The translations under genes and the position numbers were made by a program. Shown here in pieces: positions 18,160-24,410 of a stretch of DNA of 64,000 bases. Below the pieces are notes generated by a model. The model was not told the DNA's origin, ran no database searches, and was given only the letters and a program-made list of their open reading frames with translations. The stretch's first letter is position 1, and every line of letters starts with the position of its first letter. The DNA comes from a virus (lineage: Duplodnaviria; Heunggongvirae; Uroviricota; Caudoviricetes): the IMG/VR virus record IMGVR_UViG_3300042890_002891, positions 66,831 through 130,830 of that record; one strand, given 5' to 3'.

Positions 18160-18195
18160 AAAAGAAAAAACCCTGGAGTTTTTAGTTCCAGGGTC
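18160..18195 (-). terminator. attenuator terminator GACCCTGGA-loop-TCCAGGGTT-TTTTCTTTT
   Basis: 9-bp stem plus U-tract; its 5' arm can alternatively pair with 18238-18253. Confidence 0.85.
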
Positions 18196-18221
18196 TTTTG
18201 AATTTGCGGATGTTAACTTAG

Positions 18222-18350
18222 TTACTCATCACACCTCTCAAGAGATCCCGGAACGCCTGGAATACTATTCATGCGACCATACGCATGTGACCAGGCGGAT
18301 ACCTGGGTAAACATGGGTTTCGTCAACAGTGAACAGAGAGTTGTTTTCAT
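18222..18350 (-). CDS. leader peptide, 42 aa (MKTTLCSLLTKPMFTQVSAWSHAYGRMNSIPGVPGSLERCDE)
   Basis: Manual translation; lies between a perfect promoter and a terminator; all 20 amino acids, 36 distinct codons. Confidence 0.7.
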   Translation of the reverse strand: MKTTLCSLLTKPMFTQVSAWSHAYGRMNSIPGVPGSLERCDE

Positions 18351-18360
18351 CTTAAATCCT

Positions 18361-18389
18361 ATTATACTTTATTTATCATTTGATGTCAA
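18361..18389 (-). promoter_or_regulatory. perfect sigma70 promoter TTGACA-N17-TATAAT with an embedded TAAATA box
   Basis: Exact consensus 10 nt upstream of the leader ATG. Confidence 0.85.
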
Positions 18390-18436
18390 CCACCAAAGAT
18401 AACTTCGTGTGAAGTATTTATACTTCACGGCCAAAA

Positions 18437-18510
18437 TGGTTGCGGGTGACAGATTTGAACTGCCGATGCTCCTGGCTTATGAGACCGGAGTGGTGACCAC
18501 CCTACCCGCT
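18437..18510 (-). tRNA. tRNA-fMet-like (CAT), reduced D-arm
   Basis: 1:72 mismatch, GCGGG/CCCGC acceptor, CTCATAA loop, ACCA; own TTGACA-N17-TATAAT promoter at 18533-18561. Confidence 0.8.
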
Positions 18511-18568
18511 AAATTATTTATCCTATGCGTGTATTATACAACACATTTGATTTGTTGTCAACCAGGTT

Positions 18569-18743
18569 TGGATAAGCTGATCATGTGACTGCCATACGTT
18601 TAAAAGTGTTGCCACCTTCCTGAGCATGAGTTGACTGTGACTATCAGTCTCGTACCTTTAAACGTCAGAGGTTCAGGATTTAATCGTTGTCCCTGGCAGT
18701 TGGGCCCATCGTCAATGAGTTTTTCCGCCACATGATCTGCTTA
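18569..18743 (-). ncRNA. structured RNA of unknown class
   Basis: Nested stems TAAGC.GATCATGTG/CACATGATC.GCTTA, ACTGCCA/TGGCAGT, ACGTTTAAA/TTTAAACGT; no ORF; strand inferred. Confidence 0.5.
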
Positions 18744-18803
18744 AACTGTAATTATCTGTTTGCTGTAGTGCAACCATATAAATAATTCACAACGGAGTCA
18801 TAC

Positions 18804-19511
18804 ATGGAATACAAAACAATTTATCGTGGCAAAGAACTTCCTTTTGCGGATTATTTTGAAAGCAAAAAAGCCGGTCTGGTAGCAGAATTTCTAGCACAGT
18901 ATCCTGACTTCTCTAGCACAGAAGTGCTGAACAATTCAGAGATCATGCAAAACAAGATCACTGCCAAAATTTCTACCACCCAGGGCAGAGGCACTGCTTG
19001 GAAATTGCTACAGGTCAAAGGCAACTACTACGGTGAGCCTCCTTACTATGGTTCACAACCCTTTGAAGAATCAAAGTCGAAATTTCCAACCATGATAAGC
19101 ATCATTGATTATTTTGGATTTGATAATCTTGGCAGCGTGACCTATTCTGTACTGGAAGCCAACGGCATCATTGCCAGACACACAGGACCTGAAAATCGTG
19201 CAGGTAAATTTATTCGTTGCCACATACCTTTGATTGTACCCGAAGGTGATCTGGGTATGGAGATCAACGGAGAAGTAGTTGACTGGAGTGAATCCTTTGG
19301 ATTCAACAATCAAATCATACACAGTGTCTGGAACAACACTGATTATCGTAGACTGGTATTGATGATTGATATAAAACGCTCGTACATTGGGTTGCCTGAT
19401 GCGCCTCCGTGGACAGAAGAAACAAATGCTGATGCAGTTCCTTTTGAAAAGACTCACAACAAAGTGACATATGGCCCTCAAGAGATTATACCAGCAGTGA
19501 ACTTGAGATAA
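18804..19511 (+). CDS. aspartyl/asparaginyl beta-hydroxylase-like 2OG-Fe(II) oxygenase
   Basis: YSVL..IARHTG...RCHIPLIVP...HSVWN.T.YRRLVLMID. Confidence 0.85.
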   Translation: MEYKTIYRGKELPFADYFESKKAGLVAEFLAQYPDFSSTEVLNNSEIMQNKITAKISTTQGRGTAWKLLQVKGNYYGEPPYYGSQPFEESKSKFPTMISIIDYFGFDNLGSVTYSVLEANGIIARHTGPENRAGKFIRCHIPLIVPEGDLGMEINGEVVDWSESFGFNNQIIHSVWNNTDYRRLVLMIDIKRSYIGLPDAPPWTEETNADAVPFEKTHNKVTYGPQEIIPAVNLR

Positions 19512-19520
19512 CTCTGTAGT

Positions 19521-20198
19521 ATGAAACTCCAAACAATTTATCGTGGCAAAGAACTTCCTTTCGTGGATTTTTTTGAAAGCAAAAAAGAAGATCTCATAAA
19601 AGAATTTCTAGTACAATATCCTGAATTCCACAGTATCGAGCCGTTGCATAATTTAGACCTCTTGCAAAACAAGATCACAGGGGCATTGGGCAATAGAACC
19701 CACCCTGGATCTCCTTGGGAAATATTGCAAATCAAAGGTACTTATTTTGGCGAACCTCCATATTATGGCTCACAACCCTTTGAAGAATCAAAGGCAAAAT
19801 TTCCAACAGCAACAAGTATTATTGATTATTTTGGATTTAGTGTCGTTCGGTCAATTTCGTATTCGGTTCTGGAACCGCACAGTACCATAGCCAGACACTG
19901 GGACCATGAAAATCATGAAGGCAAATTCATACGTGTTCATGTACCCTTGATTGTGCCCCATGGTGATCTGGGCTTAGAGGTCAATGGGGAAGTGGTTGAT
20001 TGGAGTGAATCCTTTGGCTTCAACAACCTAAGATTACACAGCGCCTGGAACTTCACGGACCATCGTAGACTGATATTATTACTTGATCTAGAACGCTTGC
20101 ATCTGGGGTTGCCTGATGAGCCATCCTGGTCCGAAACAACCAATGCTGATACCGTACCCTTTCCCAAGACACCTGTTTTTTTATCAAAGCGCAATTGA
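19521..20198 (+). CDS. aspartyl/asparaginyl beta-hydroxylase-like oxygenase (tandem paralogue)
   Basis: Same motifs; highly similar to 18804-19511. Confidence 0.85.
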   Translation: MKLQTIYRGKELPFVDFFESKKEDLIKEFLVQYPEFHSIEPLHNLDLLQNKITGALGNRTHPGSPWEILQIKGTYFGEPPYYGSQPFEESKAKFPTATSIIDYFGFSVVRSISYSVLEPHSTIARHWDHENHEGKFIRVHVPLIVPHGDLGLEVNGEVVDWSESFGFNNLRLHSAWNFTDHRRLILLLDLERLHLGLPDEPSWSETTNADTVPFPKTPVFLSKRN

Positions 20199-20205
20199 TC
20201 TAAAC

Positions 20206-20297
20206 TGGTACCAGCGGAGAGGATCGAACTCTCTCAAGAACGCTAATCTGGCGCTAAAAGGTGTATAAGACCTCTCTGACTACCAAGTCTCGCTGGC
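20206..20297 (-). tRNA. atypical tRNA with TAT anticodon, long variable arm and tiny D-arm
   Basis: GCCAGCG/CGCTGGT acceptor, canonical T-arm, CTTATAC loop, ACCA. Confidence 0.7.
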
Positions 20298-20302
20298 ATG
20301 CA

Positions 20303-20376
20303 TGGAGCGGGATAAGAGAATCGAACTCTTGACTGGAGATTGGAAATCTCTAATTTTGCCATTAAACTAATCCCGC
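20303..20376 (-). tRNA. tRNA-Gly(TCC)
   Basis: Cloverleaf, U73, CCA. Confidence 0.92.
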
Positions 20377-20389
20377 ATGAATTGAATTT

Positions 20390-20605
20390 GAGAGCCTACG
20401 CCGCGTTTATCGTAGATTTATTCAGGACTTACCGGCCGCCTAGCCTGACCTCGAGCACGATGGATATCACTTGGGCTCCGTCCAGTACAGTCCCCATTAC
20501 GGACCTCCGCAGTTGCCCGCGGGTGGGAGTTGAACCCATTAACCTTTTACTGCTTTGGTCCTTCGAAGAAACCTAGACAGCGTGACTTCACTTGCTGACA
20601 CTCTC
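20390..20605 (-). ncRNA. structured RNA of unknown class
   Basis: GAGAG/CTCTC closure, internal GGGTTCAACTCCC T-loop-like hairpin, AGTGTCAGCAAGT motif shared with 21156-21326. Confidence 0.5.
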
Positions 20606-20807
20606 AAAACTAAAAATGTAGTAGGCTGAGACATAACTCAATTGGTTTGCGCTTCGATGTTTAACGCCATTAAAGGATCCGCAACGCCATTTACTCCGGC
20701 ACCAGGCCGGAACTACAAAAAAGGTTGAGCAGCAGAGGACTTGCACCTCACAGTAACTAGTATAGGAGACTTCCGTCTCTACTGCATCTATGCTCTACTC
20801 ATAAAAT

Positions 20808-20888
20808 TGGTGGACCCCGTCGGTACTTCGCCGCACTCCTAGTTCAGTAACGTTACTTCTGAACCAACGCATCTCACGTTGAGAGCCC
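20808..20888 (-). ncRNA. tRNA-like RNA with an Ala-type acceptor and no normal anticodon loop
   Basis: GGGCTCT/GGGGTCC-ACCA with G3.U70; 11-nt anticodon-position loop. Confidence 0.6.
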
Positions 20889-20953
20889 ATAAACTAATCA
20901 AGGGCTTGTAGACCAAACTACAATTTACCGGTTTCTAGACGAACCCCTAAACT

Positions 20954-21029
20954 TGGTGGGCTATCGAGGACTCAAACCTCGCAACATCTCTATGTCAAAG
21001 AGACAGGATTTCCAATCACTCTAAAGCCT
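20954..21029 (-). tRNA. divergent tRNA-Val(GAC)
   Basis: TCTCT-TTGACAT-AGAGA arm, T-arm, ACCA; weak acceptor and D stems. Confidence 0.65.
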
Positions 21030-21035
21030 ATTATT

Positions 21036-21149
21036 TGGTGGAGACAGCCTACACACATGCACTACACACCTGTGCCGTCCACTTTATCCGCTGGTCTCAG
21101 CAGTCGCGCCGTTCTAGCAGCGCCTTGCACAAGATCAGTTTCAGTCTCC
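21036..21149 (-). ncRNA. CCA-terminated structured RNA
   Basis: GGAGAC/GTCTCC terminal stem followed by ACCA; no cloverleaf. Confidence 0.55.
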
Positions 21150-21155
21150 GAAAAT

Positions 21156-21326
21156 TGGTGATTAGTGCTGCTGCGACACAGCGACATCCCCGGAGCGAGA
21201 GCGTAGGAACTGAATCTACGGGTTTAGCACCTCCGGGGTCGAACAGTCAGGACAACTACTGGTACCGTACTTGCTGACACTTGTTCAAGGTGTGTCGCGT
21301 TTTTGTACTTTCATTTCCAACTAACC
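21156..21326 (-). ncRNA. CCA-terminated structured RNA (about 170 nt)
   Basis: GGTTAGT/ACTAATC-ACCA terminal stem; internal GCGACAC/GTGTCGC and CCCCGGAG/CTCCGGGG stems. Confidence 0.6.
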
Positions 21327-21798
21327 ATATAGAAACACACTCAAAACTGCTGTTAAACCCTTGCAGGGGCATGCCTAGTTAAAAAATGTGTTCTTATATG
21401 GCTGGCAATGTTATGAGGGCTCTTACCCCATCGTTGTTTGTATAGGCTGCGCGACCTATACATCCCGGACACACTCCCTGACCCGGCAATGCTTACTTTG
21501 TGGCTCTTGCTTTCCACTTGATTCTGATCATATAGAAACACACTAGAGTTTTACGATAAACTACGCTCCTGAGTTTCTGCTCAGGACCCCATAGGTCTGC
21601 CTATGTTTCTAATGTGTTTTTATATAACAAAATAGTGAACAGGATTTGCACCTGTGCCCACAGCCTGTTGACAAGACTGCACTCTCCTACTAATCTACCA
21701 CCATATAGGAACACACTGGCACTCAATTGTCAATTGCAGAGCATAATAATTCTACGCCCTATGAGTTACGCATACTCTTCCAATGTGTTTTTATATGG
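21325..21798. repeat. three tandem hairpin elements with the conserved closing stem CATATAGRAACACACT...AATGTGTTYTTATAT
   Basis: Copies at 21325-21401, 21529-21626 and 21701-21798; further copies at 15044-15122 and 22015-22255. Confidence 0.75.
21632..21704 (-). ncRNA. degenerate tRNA-like element (TCA at the centre of the anticodon loop, no encoded CCA)
   Basis: ACAGG-TGCAAAT-CCTGT T-arm, CAGTCT/AGGCTG stem, ATGGTGG/TCACTAT acceptor. Confidence 0.45.
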
Positions 21799-21858
21799 TA
21801 TAGTAAAAACGTAATGGTTACGATTCCATTGCTACTTGATCATGTAGCCGATTTTGTT

Positions 21859-21933
21859 TGGCGCCACGGACGGGAATCGAACCCGTCTTGGTCGGATAGA
21901 CAATCCGTTGCCCTCCCAGAGAGCTACCGTGGC
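21859..21933 (-). tRNA. tRNA-Asp(GTC)
   Basis: Cloverleaf, G73, CCA. Confidence 0.9.
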
Positions 21934-21939
21934 AAAACT

Positions 21940-22014
21940 TGGTAGAGCATAGCGGAGTCGAACCGCTCTTAGTGGACTGAAAACCCACTGTCCTAACCGA
22001 TAGACGAATGCTCC
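21940..22014 (-). tRNA. tRNA-Glu(TTC)
   Basis: Cloverleaf, CCA. Confidence 0.92.
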
Positions 22015-22255
22015 ACTATATGAAAACACACTTATTCAGGAACGTGCTGATCAAACACAAGAGAGCTACTCTTGTGCCCATCCGCTGTCATTACTGTCCA
22101 CATGTTCCGCCGCTTGTCCAGATCAACTGATTTCTCAGTGAGAGCCTATTTCATGCCAGCGAGGGAGTAGCCTGCTAAGGCGGGGTTCAAACCCATAATC
22201 CTGATTCACTTGCCTAACGGTGTGGATAACCTGTATAACTGTGCTTACATATAGT
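22015..22255 (-). ncRNA. about 240-nt structured RNA closed by the conserved stem
   Basis: ACTATATG..AGCACA / TGTGTT..CATATAGT closure, internal hairpins (CACAAGAG/CTCTTGTG). Confidence 0.5.
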
Positions 22256-22351
22256 GCCCAGAACCAAATCTGGGTACACTATACAAAATCAAATTTTTAA
22301 CGAACTCTTCACACTGTGTCAATGCACTGTGCTGCTTTCTAACTAGTCTCT

Positions 22352-22480
22352 AGTATAACATGTTATGCAATACTGGTCAACCTGTTTTGCAAATGCCCCG
22401 CTGTAGTGTAGGGTCTTTGCAAAATCTGCTGTTCTCCTGTCTCTTGTGTGTATTATAGCACTAGACTGAATAAGAGTCAA
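22352..22480 (-). promoter_or_regulatory. two tandem sigma70 promoters (22452-22480 and 22352-22380)
   Basis: TTGACT-N17-TATAAT and TTGACC-N17-TATACT. Confidence 0.75.
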
Positions 22481-22487
22481 CCGCCAT

Positions 22488-22511
22488 AAAAAAACCCGCT
22501 TGCTGCGGGTC
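22488..22511 (-). terminator. attenuator terminator GACCCGC-AGCAA-GCGGGTT-TTTTT
   Basis: GC stem plus U-tract; its 5' arm overlaps the antiterminator arm CAAAGACCC. Confidence 0.85.
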
Positions 22512-22536
22512 TTTGAAGGATGCGTTTTTGATCACA

Positions 22537-22626
22537 TCAACAAAGACCCAGGCTCCCGTCACGCTCATAGGCCATCCCCGAATCAATTGTCGGTATGACT
22601 GCTGAGAGGATAGTGAGCCGGTTCAT
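22537..22626 (-). CDS. leader peptide, 29 aa (MNRLTILSAVIPTIDSGMAYERDGSLGLC)
   Basis: Leaderless ATG 6 nt after TAGACT-N17-TATACT; 26 distinct codons of 29; last codons form an antiterminator arm. Confidence 0.65.
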   Translation of the reverse strand: MNRLTILSAVIPTIDSGMAYERDGSLGLC

Positions 22627-22686
22627 AAGTGTAGTATATATGCCTTTGCGACAAAAGTCTATTATTTTGGCAAAATTTGTGGTGGT

Positions 22687-23250
22687 TTAGTCTGAGACCA
22701 CTGACCATCCTAGACGAGCAAGGTCTTCACGTATCTCATCAGTGACCATGCCCTCGCCCACATGTGCTTGGCTTTCCCGGTGGAACGTCTGCTGCTCTTG
22801 TGTGAGCATGTTCCATTCAGCCTGTTCTAGTGTGGCAGTATCCCTGATGCCTGAACAGTACCAGTCAATGTAGTCACCTTCGCCCCGCATGTTGGCCACA
22901 ATGCCACCAGCCGATCGCCATGTACAGGCCCAGGTTTGATCTTTCAGTATGGTCCACACATCTTGTTTCTGGAACGTGTTGTTGCACAGGGCAGCATAGA
23001 GATTTTGAGCATACACTCTGCTTTCGCAAACCTTGGCCACCATCCAGTCGGTGGTACGCATGTCAAATTCCATGTTGTTCTTTTGCCATTCAGCATTGAC
23101 TAGATTTTCTTCATCTCGAAGTGCCCAGCTTTCGTACATTTCAAGCATGGCCTGCACCTCAGGATCGTCGAGACTCTGGCCCGCTTCTAAACAACCTTCA
23201 ATGTACTTTTGCTTTTGAAAAGTGTGACGATCAGGACTGGCGGAAATCAT
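22687..23250 (-). CDS. conserved phage hypothetical protein
   Basis: ORF; YAQNLYAALCNN, WR.AGG..A..R..GDYIDWYCSG blocks. Confidence 0.7.
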   Translation of the reverse strand: MISASPDRHTFQKQKYIEGCLEAGQSLDDPEVQAMLEMYESWALRDEENLVNAEWQKNNMEFDMRTTDWMVAKVCESRVYAQNLYAALCNNTFQKQDVWTILKDQTWACTWRSAGGIVANMRGEGDYIDWYCSGIRDTATLEQAEWNMLTQEQQTFHRESQAHVGEGMVTDEIREDLARLGWSVVSD

Positions 23251-23501
23251 TGCAGGATTCTTGTGTGGGAACCAGATTCAATACTGTCTAGGGATTCTGC
23301 CAGTCGTTGTGCCAGTTCGGGATCAGATTCAGTCAGCTGTTCAAAATCTACTGCATGACTCGTGGCCGCAAGGTCTTCGGCTGTCATGTTCTCAAACATG
23401 CTGTGAATTTCAGCCATCAAGAGATCCAGTTCCTCTTGAGTTCCTTCAAAATCGTCAAAGCAGCCTGGGGCAAATTGCACTTTTAGTGGTTGATCAGTCA
23501 T
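23247..23501 (-). CDS. acidic hypothetical protein
   Basis: ORF, translationally coupled to the next gene. Confidence 0.6.
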   Translation of the reverse strand: MTDQPLKVQFAPGCFDDFEGTQEELDLLMAEIHSMFENMTAEDLAATSHAVDFEQLTESDPELAQRLAESLDSIESGSHTRILQ

Positions 23502-23512
23502 ATGTTCTTTCA

Positions 23513-23590
23513 TGGTGCGGTGGGCGGGATTCGAACCCGCACTGTACAGATTTTAAGTCTGTTGTCTCCTACCTATTGCACTACCACCGC
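23513..23590 (-). tRNA. tRNA-Leu(TAA), short variable region
   Basis: Cloverleaf, A73, CCA. Confidence 0.88.
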
Positions 23591-23597
23591 ATTGCTC

Positions 23598-23672
23598 TGG
23601 TCCGGCGTGACGGAATCGAACCGCCATGTACAGGGTAGAAACCTGCTATATTATCCATTATATGAACGCCAG
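23598..23672 (-). tRNA. tRNA-Arg(TCT)
   Basis: Cloverleaf, CCA. Confidence 0.88.
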
Positions 23673-23677
23673 ATACT

Positions 23678-23752
23678 TGGTGCGACTCCTTGGTTTCGAT
23701 CCAAGTACCAAGACCTTATGAGGGTCCTGCTCTCCCATTGAGCTAGAGTCGC
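23678..23752 (-). tRNA. tRNA-CAT (Met or Ile2)
   Basis: Cloverleaf, CCA, ATCG T-loop; TTGACA-N17-TACAAT promoter upstream. Confidence 0.85.
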
Positions 23753-23794
23753 TATTTTTACATTGTAACAGGAAAGTTATTTAGTGTCAACAGA

Positions 23795-23989
23795 TTATTT
23801 CACAGACAGCAACGCCTGTAGATCCTGAATTTGTTTTTGCAAACGCTCAATTTCTGCGGCTGCTTCATCCAAGAGATCAGCAATACGGTCAGTCTCACCT
23901 TGTTCCACACTTCTGCGTCCAGGAATCTGTCTGCGTATCTCGGCTCGCTTGCGTAATCGGTACACCAGACCTTGTTCTTGCAAGGTCAT
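23795..23989 (-). CDS. hypothetical coiled-coil protein
   Basis: ORF coupled to the upstream gene by an ATGA overlap. Confidence 0.6.
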   Translation of the reverse strand: MTLQEQGLVYRLRKRAEIRRQIPGRRSVEQGETDRIADLLDEAAAEIERLQKQIQDLQALLSVK

Positions 23990-24195
23990 GATTCGACTCC
24001 AAAATGTTTTTTAATTCTTTGTCCAGTTGTTTGTGTGACATATCCACACCCAGCCGAAGTATTTCTTTCAATATCTGCAACTTGGGCACATTCCTGAATC
24101 AGTAGTTCAGCAAACTTTTCTAGTGTTCGACCGCCCACGTCAGGATAGTGGCTACCGCCAGCCGCCAGGGCCAGTTGTTTAATTTGTTCGTTCAT
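23986..24195 (-). CDS. MNER...HFGVE family mini-protein
   Basis: MNEQIKQLA..EKFAELLIQECA..KHFGVE. Confidence 0.75.
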   Translation of the reverse strand: MNEQIKQLALAAGGSHYPDVGGRTLEKFAELLIQECAQVADIERNTSAGCGYVTQTTGQRIKKHFGVES

Positions 24196-24410
24196 GATTC
24201 GACTCCAAAATGTTCCAACACAATTTTTCTTGCCCGTGGATGACCATCTATATCTTCGGCAAGTTGGGCACATTCCCGAACAATTGACTCTGCAAACTTT
24301 GCCAATTCATCTGCCCAACATTCAGCAAACGCTCTCACAGGAGTTTCTGTTGGGTCGTAGGTAAATTCTATTCCAGCCTGTTCGGCAAGTAGTCGAATTC
24401 GTTCGTTCAT
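24192..24410 (-). CDS. MNER...HFGVE family mini-protein
   Basis: Family motifs. Confidence 0.75.
   Translation of the reverse strand: MNERIRLLAEQAGIEFTYDPTETPVRAFAECWADELAKFAESIVRECAQLAEDIDGHPRARKIVLEHFGVES

Noticed and set aside
21632-21704. tRNA-Sec call for the TCA element
   Set aside because: No long variable arm or 8/5 acceptor/T fold, and no sel genes.
21325-21798. Possible CRISPR array from the repeated ATATAGAAACACAC motif
   Set aside because: The repeats are imperfect inverted arms of hairpins with irregular 70-130 nt spacing, not identical direct repeats with uniform spacers; no cas genes.
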